Part shown: piece by piece, positions 6,233-14,718 of the stretch | How positions within the stretch are numbered: the stretch's first letter is position 1 | Layout: each line of letters starts with the position of its first letter | Virus record (IMG/VR): IMGVR_UViG_3300036802_000167 | Location: 1-27,254 of that record | Length of the DNA stretch: 27,254 nucleotides | Direction: 5' to 3' (one strand) | DNA from: a virus | Lineage: Duplodnaviria > Caudoviricetes | Notes under the pieces: model-generated | Seen by the model: only the letters and a program-made list of their open reading frames with translations | What the model was told of the DNA's origin: nothing | The model's database searches: none | Position numbers and translations under genes: made by a program

Positions 6233-6874
6233 TTACTGCGGGCAGGCCGGGTCGGGCGGGAACTCGGCCAGCATCGCCTCCGCGTCGCCGTACACCACCC
6301 GGGACCGCAGGTAGCGCCGCGCCATCGCCTCCACGTCCGGGCGGACCCGGCCGTATTCCAGGGCGGTGAGCGGGGCGAGGGCCAGGATCCGCGCCTTCGC
6401 GCAGCGGAACCCCTTCGTCCCGGTGCGGACCCGGCCGTAGCCCTCGATCACGCCGAGGACCGGCAGCAGCGATCCGGTCGCGTACCGCGGCTGCACCGTC
6501 CACCAGGCGTAGAACCCGCAGTGGCAGCCTTTCGCCGGCACCCCGGAATCCGGGTGCACGGCCGCGGACTCGAAATCCCGGATCAGGCAGCGGGCGGTGT
6601 TCTCGCCGGGTTCCCAGGGGGCGTGCATGCCAAGCAGTGTCCCGCCCGGCGTCAGGCCCCACCACCGGTAGCCGCGCACCGACCCGGCGGCCAGGGCGGC
6701 CTCGCCGGCCTCGCTGTACCCGGGCTCGCCGCGGAGCGCCGGAACGGTCCGCCGGGCCTGCTGCTGTTCCAGCTCCGGGGGCAGCCGGGTCACCGATACG
6801 ACAGGCAGATCCTGACCGGAACCGGCCCGGAACATGCCGGGCTGCAGCCAGCCGCCGCCGCTGTTCTCGCTCAT
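6233..6874 (-). CDS. Conserved actinobacterial hypothetical protein (C..H..CxCGFYA)
   Basis: GYRWW...PWEPGENTARC...HP..VP..GCHCGFYAW...VLGVIEGYGRV..GTKGFRC.KARI. The ATG at 6874 follows AAGGTGG. Confidence 0.75.
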   Translation of the reverse strand: MSENSGGGWLQPGMFRAGSGQDLPVVSVTRLPPELEQQQARRTVPALRGEPGYSEAGEAALAAGSVRGYRWWGLTPGGTLLGMHAPWEPGENTARCLIRDFESAAVHPDSGVPAKGCHCGFYAWWTVQPRYATGSLLPVLGVIEGYGRVRTGTKGFRCAKARILALAPLTALEYGRVRPDVEAMARRYLRSRVVYGDAEAMLAEFPPDPACPQ

Positions 6875-6884
6875 GGCAGCCACC

Positions 6885-7919
6885 TTACCGGCGGGCGAAC
6901 AGGCCGGCGTACGCCTCCGCCCAGGCGTCCGCGCCGCTGCTGATCAGGTGCCGCCGGGCCATCTCGCGGGCGGCGGCGCCCATCTTCTCCCGCAGTGCCT
7001 CGTCGCCGGCCAGCTCGGACAGGTACTTCAGCCACTCGTGGTCGCGGCGCACCAGGAACCCGTTGACCCCGTGGGTAATCACCGCGGCGTACGGCTCGAT
7101 GTCGGAGGCGACCGACGGGATGCCCCGGGCACCGTACTCGATCACCTTGATGGCCGACTTGGACGCGGCGAACCTCGTCGGCCACAGCGGGGCGAGGCCG
7201 ATGTCGAAGTCGACCGAGGCGTAGTACTCGCGCGGGCGGAAGTAGGCCGGCACCCACGGCACGAGGAACGCCCGCCCCGCCGGGACCCGGAAGGTCTCCC
7301 GGTAGTCCTGCCCGTTCAGCTGCAGGTCCCAGCCGGGGAACCGCTTCAGGAACCGGCGCACCGGGCCGGCCACCATGCCGACGTCGATGCCGTGGCTGGC
7401 GCCGCCCTGCCAGCCGACCCGCGGCCGGTCCCGGCGGACCCGGGGCAGGTCCGGCAGCCAGTCCGGGATGCAGTTCGGCAGCACCGTCACGCTGCCGCTG
7501 AAGTTCCGCATCACCGCCGCCAGCGGCTCCGTCGACGCGGTCACCAGGTCGGCGGTCTCGGCGGCGTGCTCCACCGCGTCGCGGACGTCGGGCCGGTTGA
7601 ACAGCTGGTAGGCCTGCCAGTTCTCCGGGGTGATGTTCCACACGTCGTCGTCCAGGTCGTAGACCAGCCGGGAGAACGGGCCGCGGGCGCGCCGCCAGGT
7701 CTCCAGCCCGGCGTGCTTGTCCCACCGCTGCGCCACGATCACGTCGTGACCCTGCAGGTCGCGCAGGGTGATGATAGGCGGCCGGGTGATCCCGTCCCCG
7801 TCGCCGGCGTCGGCGAACGTGACCTCGTACCCGTCCCGGCGGGCCAGCTCCTCCAGCGGCAGGCGCATCCGGTAGTACGCGCACCCGGAGCCGCCATCGT
7901 GCCCGGCGAAGATCTTCAT
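6885..7919 (-). CDS. GT-B fold (GT4-like) glycosyltransferase
   Basis: GCAYYRMRLP, VYDLDDDVW, ADLVTAST, VLPNCI, RVGWQGGASH, DIGLAPL..TRFAASKSAIKVIEYGARGIPSVAS, HGVNGFLV. ATGA overlap with the upstream gene. Confidence 0.92.
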   Translation of the reverse strand: MKIFAGHDGGSGCAYYRMRLPLEELARRDGYEVTFADAGDGDGITRPPIITLRDLQGHDVIVAQRWDKHAGLETWRRARGPFSRLVYDLDDDVWNITPENWQAYQLFNRPDVRDAVEHAAETADLVTASTEPLAAVMRNFSGSVTVLPNCIPDWLPDLPRVRRDRPRVGWQGGASHGIDVGMVAGPVRRFLKRFPGWDLQLNGQDYRETFRVPAGRAFLVPWVPAYFRPREYYASVDFDIGLAPLWPTRFAASKSAIKVIEYGARGIPSVASDIEPYAAVITHGVNGFLVRRDHEWLKYLSELAGDEALREKMGAAAREMARRHLISSGADAWAEAYAGLFARR

Positions 7920-8233
7920 GCCGGAACCCACCTCCCCTGCTGGATGTGCCCGTGGTCTCCGCAGTGGCATTTCAGCGACGGGCTGAGGGTGAGCGGGTCC
8001 CAGGACTCCACCTGCCAGAACGGGCCGCTGAACTGCTCCCTGGCGATAGGGGTATCGAAGGTCACCACGCCCTCGCATACCGAGCCGTCCGGTTTCAGGT
8101 GCCTGACGATTCCCGACACCGTAGCAGGCAGCTGGCCGGCCAGGTGCGCGTACTGGGGGTTGAGCTCCAGGTCCGGGTCCCAGACAGCCAGGGAGATGGA
8201 GTGGCCGTGGCCGAGCTCGGTCCGGGCCGTCAC
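7916..8233 (-). CDS. DUF6527-like small protein
   Basis: C-terminal W....PLTLSPSL.C.CGDHGHI..GRW motif. Confidence 0.65.
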   Translation of the reverse strand: MTARTELGHGHSISLAVWDPDLELNPQYAHLAGQLPATVSGIVRHLKPDGSVCEGVVTFDTPIAREQFSGPFWQVESWDPLTLSPSLKCHCGDHGHIQQGRWVPA

Positions 8234-8385
8234 GAAGGGATCACCGTCACCTCTTTCACCTTGGGCAGCCCGATATAGGCCAGCGCCTCGCGCAGCGCGT
8301 CGGTCTCGCTGTCGGCTTCCACCTTGACGATCCCCTGGCCGGAAAATACCGGGCCGTCCCAGTACAGGACCACCTGGTACTTCAC
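8230..8385 (-). CDS. Small hypothetical protein (51 aa, MKYQVVLYWDGPVFSGQGIVKVEADSETDALREALAYIGLPKVKEVTVIPS); not in ORF track
   Basis: GTGA start/stop overlaps at both ends; it fills the gap exactly. Confidence 0.7.
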   Translation of the reverse strand: MKYQVVLYWDGPVFSGQGIVKVEADSETDALREALAYIGLPKVKEVTVIPS

Positions 8386-8564
8386 CGGTCCGTCCCCGGC
8401 CCCAGCAGCGTGACGACGTGCGGTGAAGTCCAGTCAGGCCACCGGGCGGCTTCGGCGCGGGCTTCCTCGCGGGTGGCGAACGGCCCGAGGGCGTCCATGA
8501 CGCACCGGGTGTCCGGGTACTCCTCGCATTTGCTGCCGGTCAGCAGCACCACGACGCACGTCAC
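8382..8564 (-). CDS. Small hypothetical protein (60 aa)
   Basis: GTGA overlaps at both ends; GPFATREEA motif. Confidence 0.7.
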   Translation of the reverse strand: MTCVVVLLTGSKCEEYPDTRCVMDALGPFATREEARAEAARWPDWTSPHVVTLLGPGTDR

Positions 8565-8728
8565 GACCGCCCCCCTTTATCGTGCACGACCAGCGCCACC
8601 TTCAGCAGGCCGTAGGTCGCGACGATGGCTGCCGCGTACGCGCACACGCAGTCCGGCGCTCCGGCCTGCCGGGCGTACTGCCAGCCGCTCGCCCCGTTCA
8701 GCAGGGTCATCTGCTCGATTACGCTCAC
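8561..8728 (-). CDS. Small hypothetical protein (55 aa, MSVIEQMTLLNGASGWQYARQ...); not in ORF track
   Basis: GTGA overlaps at both ends; open frame with GC3 bias. Confidence 0.65.
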   Translation of the reverse strand: MSVIEQMTLLNGASGWQYARQAGAPDCVCAYAAAIVATYGLLKVALVVHDKGGRS

Positions 8729-8997
8729 GGCCGCAGCAGCTGCACGGCGCCGGGACCGGCGACTAGCAGCGGGGAGCTGTCTTCCATCGAGTCGCCGAGT
8801 TCCTTGAGCAGCCCGGCCCAGGCGAGGATGTCGGCCCGGGGCAGCTGGATGGTCAGCGTGGCGGTCGTGGTGCGGATGGTGAACAGCCCCATCGGCCCGT
8901 TCCGCCCGGTGACCATCGTGGCCGGGCCGGGCGCAAGCAGCGTGTTGGCCTCATCGACGGCGGGCATCAGCTCGCCGGGGCGCGGCGGCATGGTCAT
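8725..8997 (-). CDS. Hypothetical protein (90 aa)
   Basis: ATG preceded by AGGAGGAG; the 3' part of track ORF 8725..9087. Confidence 0.7.
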   Translation of the reverse strand: MTMPPRPGELMPAVDEANTLLAPGPATMVTGRNGPMGLFTIRTTTATLTIQLPRADILAWAGLLKELGDSMEDSSPLLVAGPGAVQLLRP

Positions 8998-9005
8998 GGC
9001 TCCTC

Positions 9006-9626
9006 CTAGCGGAATATCGACGGCCAGACGTCGCTGGTTTCCGCCTGCACCCGGACGTAGCCGATGCCGGCGCTGACCCAGGCCCACACCAGGTTCCAGT
9101 CCTCGAACCGGTCCGGGGCGCCCCAGCCGGCGACGTCCAGCACGGACCGGCGGTGCATCAGCATCGGGGTGCCGACGTCGCCGCCGGCCAGCGGCCCGGT
9201 GCCGATCACCAGGTCGCCGTGCGGCGAGTGGGACAGCATCCGGGACACCGCGAACCCGGCCTCCGGGTGGTTATCGAGCGCGCCGGCCAGCAGCGTGCAG
9301 TGCTCGGGCCGCAGCGCGTCGTCGTCGTCGCAGTAGGTGATGTACTCCCCGGCGGCCAGCTCGATGCCGGCCGTCCGGGCGGGGCCGCCCCAGTGCAGCG
9401 CCTCGTCGTGCGCGGGCAGCTCGTGGTACCACAGCCGGCGCGGCCACGGCTGCGGCTGCATCAGGACCCCCTTCAGCTCGCCGTCCGGGCCGTCGGAGAT
9501 CACGATGTGCTCCACCGAGGGGTGCAGCTGCGCCTGTACCGACGGGACGCACCGGTCCAGCAGCATCTCGTGCCGCCGCCAGGTGGGGGTGATCACCGAT
9601 ATCTTCGGGGGCTGCCGGACGGTCAC
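9006..9626 (-). CDS. GT2 family glycosyltransferase
   Basis: KISVITPTWRR, EHIVISDG, ARTAGIELAAGEYITYCDDDD, EDWNL. Confidence 0.93.
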   Translation of the reverse strand: MTVRQPPKISVITPTWRRHEMLLDRCVPSVQAQLHPSVEHIVISDGPDGELKGVLMQPQPWPRRLWYHELPAHDEALHWGGPARTAGIELAAGEYITYCDDDDALRPEHCTLLAGALDNHPEAGFAVSRMLSHSPHGDLVIGTGPLAGGDVGTPMLMHRRSVLDVAGWGAPDRFEDWNLVWAWVSAGIGYVRVQAETSDVWPSIFR

Positions 9627-9784
9627 GGGGCTGCCCGCCGTTCCGGGTACGGATCACACGAGCCCTGGTGGCCGGCGGGCTGCGAACAGATGACAGCGTG
9701 CAGCCGGATGACGCAGGCGGCGCACCAGGGCACGGCAGCGAGCTCCCGGGGTTTCCGGCAGATCCGGCAGGCCCGGCCGCTCAC
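9623..9784 (-). CDS. Small Cys-rich protein (53 aa)
   Basis: GTGA overlaps; CRIC..CAAC..C....H..C. Confidence 0.55.
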   Translation of the reverse strand: MSGRACRICRKPRELAAVPWCAACVIRLHAVICSQPAGHQGSCDPYPERRAAP

Positions 9785-10038
9785 CGGACTACCTCGCGCC
9801 CCGCCAGCACGGGCGTGCCGCCCTCGGACCGGAAAACCAGTTCCACGATGCGGCCGTCCAGGTCCGCCGGGGCGTCGTCGTCCTCGATCAGGTGCCATCC
9901 GGTGCCGGGCGGTTCCTGCGGCAGGTACCCCTCCGAGTGCTCCGAACGGTAAGTCCCGGTATCCCGCAGCCCGTGCGGCAGCTGCATCCTGGCCGCGACC
10001 AGCTCATCGGAGACCAGCACCCAGTACCGGGCGGTCAT
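9781..10038 (-). CDS. Hypothetical protein (85 aa)
   Basis: ATGA overlap start (MTARYWVLVS...). Confidence 0.7.
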   Translation of the reverse strand: MTARYWVLVSDELVAARMQLPHGLRDTGTYRSEHSEGYLPQEPPGTGWHLIEDDDAPADLDGRIVELVFRSEGGTPVLAGREVVR

Positions 10039-10259
10039 GGCATCCCCCGGGGCGGGAAGCTGCGCACGTACCAGCCCGGTTCCAGCCCGGCCGGCACCGC
10101 CCGCCAGCCGGTCCGGCACGCCCTGCAGAGCCCGGCAATGATCCCGGGGGAGCTGACCAGCGGGATCATCCGGATGCGGCAGTCCGGGCACATGCCCTCG
10201 CAGACCGCGGCCTGCTTGTGCAGATCGCCCCAGCCCGCTAGCTCCTCATCCGCCGTCAT
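10035..10259 (-). CDS. Small zinc-ribbon-like protein (74 aa)
   Basis: ATGA overlap; CPDC...CRAC. Confidence 0.6.
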   Translation of the reverse strand: MTADEELAGWGDLHKQAAVCEGMCPDCRIRMIPLVSSPGIIAGLCRACRTGWRAVPAGLEPGWYVRSFPPRGMP

Positions 10260-10867
10260 GGCAGCCACTGCGCTTCCGGGGATGCGGCCTGCACGAGCTG
10301 GTACCGGCCGCACAGCTCGTGGCGGCGGATCGCCCAGCCGGCCCCGGTGATCATCGCGGTGTACCCGGCCATGTCCCAGGCCCAGGCGTGCTCCGGGCCG
10401 TGGTAGTCACCGGTTTCGTTGGCCGGGCTGGAGCAGACCAGGTACCGGCTGCGCCCGGCCAGCCAGCGCAGTACCCCGTGCGGGTCGGCGACGTGCTCCA
10501 GCACCTCGGTCATGGTGGCGACGTCGCCGGTCCGCGCCCGGTCGCGGCCGGTGCCGAAGACGTCCAGCAGCTCCGCGGTGACGTCGCGGACGGGCCAGCC
10601 TTCCGCGTTGCCCGGCTGCAGGTCGTACCCCCAGGCCGAGGTGAAGCTGGCCTGCACCAGGGACAGCAGGCCGCCGTCCCCGCAGCCGAGGTCGGACAGC
10701 GTCCGCGCCTGGTCTCCGGCGAGGTCGCGGACCAGCTCCGCGGCGGCCAGCAGCCGGGGCCGGTGGTCGGGCTGCTCCAGGTGCGGTGTGCGCGGGAACG
10801 GCGCGAAGAACTCCGGCGTCGACACGTGCGGGACGGTGCCCTCCTCGAACAGCCGCCACTCCGTCAT
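10256..10867 (-). CDS. Class I SAM-dependent methyltransferase
   Basis: Start MTEWRLF (ATGA overlap); motif I DLGCGDG, GYD, TEVLEHVADP, SSP. Confidence 0.9.
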   Translation of the reverse strand: MTEWRLFEEGTVPHVSTPEFFAPFPRTPHLEQPDHRPRLLAAAELVRDLAGDQARTLSDLGCGDGGLLSLVQASFTSAWGYDLQPGNAEGWPVRDVTAELLDVFGTGRDRARTGDVATMTEVLEHVADPHGVLRWLAGRSRYLVCSSPANETGDYHGPEHAWAWDMAGYTAMITGAGWAIRRHELCGRYQLVQAASPEAQWLP

Positions 10868-11430
10868 GACCGCACCGCCGCCGGGATCTTGATCATGCCC
10901 ATGCCGTAGCTGCCGGGCAGGTTCTCCCAGGCCAGCCGCTTCATCCGGCACCAGGTGTCCAGCGCGCCGGCGACCGGCCCGGTCGGCGCGGGCAGCTCGA
11001 TGTCGCCGGGCGCCCAGCGGGTGTCGTGCATCAGGATGACCCCGCCCGGGATGACCCGCGGAGCGTAGACGGCGAGCTCGGCCAGCGTGTGGTCGTAACT
11101 GTGGCTGGTGTCGATGAACAGCAGGTCCAGCTTCTCCGGGATGTGCTCGCGGGCCGTCCGGGACAGGTCGTCGGCCTGCAGGAAATGCCAGTACGGCAGG
11201 TCCTCCCAGCCGGCCGGGACCTGCGGCGGCGCGATGTCGACGCTCCACAGGTGCCCGGACCCGGCCGCCTCCAGGCCGGCCAGCAGCGCGCAGGTGGAAT
11301 GCCCCTTCCGCACGCCCAGCTCCGCCAGTGCCAGCCGGCCGTTCGCCTGGGCGTACAGGAAATCCAGGTGGTCCCGCATCTCCGACCACGACCCGCCTGC
11401 CCGGGCGGTGTACTGCGCGTGCAGGGTCAT
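10864..11430 (-). CDS. SAM-dependent O-methyltransferase (Methyltransf_24-like)
   Basis: ELGVRKGHST, LWSVDI, DLLFIDTSHSY, PGGVILMHDT. Confidence 0.9.
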   Translation of the reverse strand: MTLHAQYTARAGGSWSEMRDHLDFLYAQANGRLALAELGVRKGHSTCALLAGLEAAGSGHLWSVDIAPPQVPAGWEDLPYWHFLQADDLSRTAREHIPEKLDLLFIDTSHSYDHTLAELAVYAPRVIPGGVILMHDTRWAPGDIELPAPTGPVAGALDTWCRMKRLAWENLPGSYGMGMIKIPAAVRS

Positions 11431-12113
11431 GCCAGGATCCTACGGCGGGCCATCGCCTGGCGCACCAGGTCAGTGTCGGCGGCGGCCCCGGCCCGGCTCC
11501 AGGCCCGGAACACCCGCCCGTCGTCCTCATAGGCGTCGTTCCCGTCGGCGTAGGTCGCGTCCTGCGGGGCCTTGCCGGCGTCCGGGTGGACGTGCTCGAT
11601 GATCACCTCCGGCACGTACGTGAGGCAGCCGGCGCCGCCGCCGAGGATCTTCCACGCGTCGTCGCAGTACTTGGAGGCGAGGCCGGGCAGGCACATCCAG
11701 CCGAGCGCGTCGGTGATGTCGCGGGAGATGACCGGCGCGGTGGGCAGGTCCTCGCCCTGGTGCAGGTCGTCGCCGTAGGCGATGCCGGTGCCGCTGATCG
11801 CGGCGGCCAGCTTCCCGTCCCAGTCCTGCGTGCGCGGCACGTGGTCGTCGCCGAGCGAGGCGAGGTAGCCGTACCGGCAGGCGCGCGGGTGGGCGGCTGC
11901 CCAGTTAGTCCAGGCGCACATGGAACGGCGCCGGCCGCGGAACCACAGCACCCGGCTGCTGCCCGGGTCCGCGTAGCCGGACGTGTCGTCCTCGTCGGTG
12001 CAGACCGCGAAGTCGGCGGTCCCGCCGGACAGGGACAGCGCCTCGCCCAGCATGTAGCTCAGCCGCTCCGGCCGGCCGCGGCTCGGCACGATGACCAGGA
12101 TGCGCCCGTCCAT
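11427..12113 (-). CDS. GT-A fold (GT2-like) glycosyltransferase
   Basis: ILVIVPSRGRP, DEDD, LGDDHVPRT..WD, YCDD, IEHVHP; likely start MDGRIL. Confidence 0.85.
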   Translation of the reverse strand: MDGRILVIVPSRGRPERLSYMLGEALSLSGGTADFAVCTDEDDTSGYADPGSSRVLWFRGRRRSMCAWTNWAAAHPRACRYGYLASLGDDHVPRTQDWDGKLAAAISGTGIAYGDDLHQGEDLPTAPVISRDITDALGWMCLPGLASKYCDDAWKILGGGAGCLTYVPEVIIEHVHPDAGKAPQDATYADGNDAYEDDGRVFRAWSRAGAAADTDLVRQAMARRRILA

Positions 12114-12123
12114 GGCTGCGATG

Positions 12124-12306
12124 CTATGTCCACAGCAGCGAGAGCATGTAGAGCGCCAGGCCGCCCGCAACGAAGATCGCCCAGATCTGTTTCGGGTTAA
12201 CCACCGCGGCGATGATGGCAGCGCAGGCGAAAGCGAGCATCGCGATCAGCACCAGCGCGCCGTGCGCGCCATGGACGGCGAATCCGGATGCCAGCACGCC
12301 GGTCAT
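12124..12306 (-). CDS. Small two-TM membrane protein
   Basis: Two hydrophobic stretches; ATGA overlap with the PKD gene. Confidence 0.7.
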   Translation of the reverse strand: MTGVLASGFAVHGAHGALVLIAMLAFACAAIIAAVVNPKQIWAIFVAGGLALYMLSLLWT

Positions 12307-12719
12307 ACGGTGATCACCTGAGTGCTCACATCGGTCTCCCCGTTAGAGTCGGTGACGGTCAGCGTGACCGGGTAGCTGCCGTGGCCGTTGGGCACCGTCC
12401 ACGTGACGGTCACGCCGGACATAGGTGCCCCGTTGACCACCCAGTCCCAGACGGTAATAGGCGCCGACGGATCGCCCGGCGCCGAGGCCGACCCGTCGAA
12501 CGTCACCACGTCCTTCGCGACAGGAACGGACGGGGTATAGGTGAACGACGCGACCGGTGGCGGCAGCGGCGGCGGGTCGATGTCAGCCGGGGCGTCCGGG
12601 GCGGTCATGCCGGGCGGGCCGAGCGGCCATTCCCGGGCGTTCTCGTCTCCGCTGACCTCGATTATGCCCAGGTCAGCGTCCGGTACGCCCGGTTCCAGGC
12701 CGGGCGGCCATACCGTCAT
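12303..12719 (-). CDS. PKD (Ig-like) domain protein, possible virion decoration protein
   Basis: PVASFTYTP...VTFDGSAS..GD...I..WDW...GSYPVTLTVTDSNG; RBS AGGAGG. Confidence 0.85.
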   Translation of the reverse strand: MTVWPPGLEPGVPDADLGIIEVSGDENAREWPLGPPGMTAPDAPADIDPPPLPPPVASFTYTPSVPVAKDVVTFDGSASAPGDPSAPITVWDWVVNGAPMSGVTVTWTVPNGHGSYPVTLTVTDSNGETDVSTQVITV

Positions 12720-12731
12720 CGGGGCCTCCTG

Positions 12732-12878
12732 TCAGCGCGCCAGGTCGGTGATGACGGCCAGGTTCGCGTTCTTGACGGTAGCCAGCTCCTGCCCGGCGGC
12801 CTTCGGCACGCCGCCGCCGGCCGGGTTCCCGGCGTGTATCGGGTTCCCGGGCGGGTACGGCCTGGCGATGTCGCTCAC
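12732..12878 (-). CDS. Small hypothetical protein (48 aa)
   Basis: GTGA overlap start (MSDIARPYPPGNP...). Confidence 0.6.
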   Translation of the reverse strand: MSDIARPYPPGNPIHAGNPAGGGVPKAAGQELATVKNANLAVITDLAR

Positions 12879-13051
12879 GTCTGCTTCCAGCCGCCCTCGC
12901 CGGCGTCGGGCAGGCCGGCGAAGTGGTCGCCGTCGGTGCCGGCCACGCCGTCGACCGACTTCCACCCGGCGACGGGCGTCTGGGACCCGGCGTCCCACGG
13001 CTGGCCGGTAACTTCGGGCGGGCTGGTGATGGGGTCTGGTGCTTCGGGCAT
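12875..13051 (-). CDS. Small acidic Gly/Pro-rich protein (58 aa, MPEAPDPITSPPEVTGQPWDAG...GGWKQT); not in ORF track
   Basis: GAGGAG RBS, ATG start, GTGA overlap at the stop. Confidence 0.7.
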   Translation of the reverse strand: MPEAPDPITSPPEVTGQPWDAGSQTPVAGWKSVDGVAGTDGDHFAGLPDAGEGGWKQT

Positions 13052-13061
13052 TACGGTCTCC

Positions 13062-13499
13062 TCACTCTCCGGCCGCGGTGACCCCGGCAGGGCCGGCCGC
13101 GGCGCGGGACGCTCCGTGACTGAAGGGAATCGTGGTACCGGGGTGCGGCTCGTCGGGCATGCGGTCGGTCTCGGCCAGCGGCTCCGGGCGCGGCTCCGGG
13201 CTTTCCGGCCACGCCGTCCGGGTCATGACCCAGTCCGGGTGCGGCGGCGGATTGGTGTCCGTCCGGGCCTGCGGCTTGCCGCTGGTGCCGGGCTCGATCT
13301 CCGGGCCGGACGGGGTGACCTGCGGATCGGACTGGTGCGCCCGGTCCGGCAGCGGGTCAACCGGCATCGACCCGGGCGCGGTCATCGCTGTGGCGTTCGA
13401 GCTGGACATGTTGCCCGCCGCCTGGCTGGTCGGCCACATCGAGTCTTCGGCGAGCGGGGACAGGTCCCGGACAGTGCCGTGGTTGTCCCAGTCAGGCAT
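13062..13499 (-). CDS. Pro/Ser/Thr-rich low-complexity protein
   Basis: AGGAGG RBS; 145 aa. Confidence 0.75.
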   Translation of the reverse strand: MPDWDNHGTVRDLSPLAEDSMWPTSQAAGNMSSSNATAMTAPGSMPVDPLPDRAHQSDPQVTPSGPEIEPGTSGKPQARTDTNPPPHPDWVMTRTAWPESPEPRPEPLAETDRMPDEPHPGTTIPFSHGASRAAAGPAGVTAAGE

Positions 13500-13513
13500 C
13501 GTGTTCCTCCTGT

Positions 13514-14071
13514 TCAGTCACGGCCGGCGCGGTGCAGGACCCGGCCTGCGCCCGGCTGGTACCGGGTGCCGCCGGCCACGGGCTCGTTGCCCCGAATGCC
13601 GGGCAGCTGCGGGCCGCCGGTCGCGTAGCCGGAGTCGTTGGCCTCGGTCCAGTTGCCCGGACCCGCCGTCTCGTCGCGGACGGTATCTGTCCCGTACGTG
13701 CCGGACAGGTAGGACCCCGGGCGAGTGAAGGTGACGGCATCCGGTCCGGTGCCGGTGCTCGGTTCCGCGCCCGGCGTCCCGATCGAGAGCGAGGGAGAGT
13801 AACCGGAGGCGTCCGATACCGGTACCCCGGTGAAAACCTCGCCGAGCTGGCCGGGCAGGTTAGTGGCATCGGCCGGGGAGGCGGTCCGGCGGCCGGGCAC
13901 GGACCCCGGTGCCCCGGTGCCCTCCGGCAGCGGGCCGCCGAAGATGCCGGGCGGGTACTGGCCGGGCTCGGCTGCCGGATCGCCGCCCCTGCGCACGCCG
14001 GAGTACGTGCCGGTCTCGTCTTCCTCCGCGCGGCGGGCGGGGCCGTAGCCGGGGACCTGGCTGCCTGCCAC
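13514..14071 (-). CDS. Gly/Pro-rich protein, paralog B (185 aa)
   Basis: GTG start 4 nt after the paralog A stop; colinear similarity to paralog A. Confidence 0.8.
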   Translation of the reverse strand: MAGSQVPGYGPARRAEEDETGTYSGVRRGGDPAAEPGQYPPGIFGGPLPEGTGAPGSVPGRRTASPADATNLPGQLGEVFTGVPVSDASGYSPSLSIGTPGAEPSTGTGPDAVTFTRPGSYLSGTYGTDTVRDETAGPGNWTEANDSGYATGGPQLPGIRGNEPVAGGTRYQPGAGRVLHRAGRD

Positions 14072-14075
14072 CGTC

Positions 14076-14639
14076 TTACCCGCGGACGTCCCGGCCGCCG
14101 CGCAGCACCCGGCCGCCGGACTTCGGCTGGTACGGTCCGCCGTCCGGGGTGGGCTCGTGCATGCCGGGCAGCTTGGGGCCGTCGGCGGCGTAGCCGGAGT
14201 CGTTGGCCTCGGTCCAGTTGGCGGGGCCGTCAACCCGGTCGCGCACGGTGTCCTCGGTGTAGCTGCCGGACAGGTAGCTGCCGGGCCGGGTGAAGGTGAC
14301 CGCGTCCGGGCCGGCCCCGCTGCTGTGGCGGGCGCCAGCCGTGCCAGGCGCGCCCGTGTCCTCGATGTCGGAATCGGACAGGCCGGTGAAGTCGTCGGAC
14401 AGCTGGCCGGCCTCCACGGTCGGGTCATCGCCCGCGCCCTGGCCGCCGCCGCTGCCGGGTGCCCCGGTGCCTTCCGGCAGCGGGCCGCCGAAAATCGCGT
14501 TCCCCCAGCCGCCGACCGGGTACTGGCCGGGCTCGTTGGTCGGGTCGCCGCTCTCGCGTTCCCCGGAATAGGCGCCGGGGCTGGCCCGCTCGGCGCGGCG
14601 GGCGGCATCGTAGCCGGGTACCTGGGTACTGTCAGCCAT
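14076..14639 (-). CDS. Gly/Pro/Asp-rich protein, paralog A (187 aa)
   Basis: AGGAG RBS; shares EPGQYP, IFGGPLPEGTGAPGS, GPDAVTFTRPGSYLSG and NWTEANDSGYA with paralog B. Confidence 0.8.
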   Translation of the reverse strand: MADSTQVPGYDAARRAERASPGAYSGERESGDPTNEPGQYPVGGWGNAIFGGPLPEGTGAPGSGGGQGAGDDPTVEAGQLSDDFTGLSDSDIEDTGAPGTAGARHSSGAGPDAVTFTRPGSYLSGSYTEDTVRDRVDGPANWTEANDSGYAADGPKLPGMHEPTPDGGPYQPKSGGRVLRGGRDVRG

Positions 14640-14718
14640 TGCGGGCTCCTGTCGTAGAGCCCGGCTCCGGTACGGCCGCGGGCGGGTTGCCTGGTCCCAG
14701 CATAAGCCGGGCGGGGGT

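Noticed and set aside
10256-11530. 424-aa methyltransferase, 432-aa DinB (24974..26272) and 364-aa paralog B (13514..14608) as given in the ORF track
   Set aside because: Their N-terminal parts are off-frame overlaps of upstream genes. The true starts are at or just after the upstream stops (10867, 25522, 14071).
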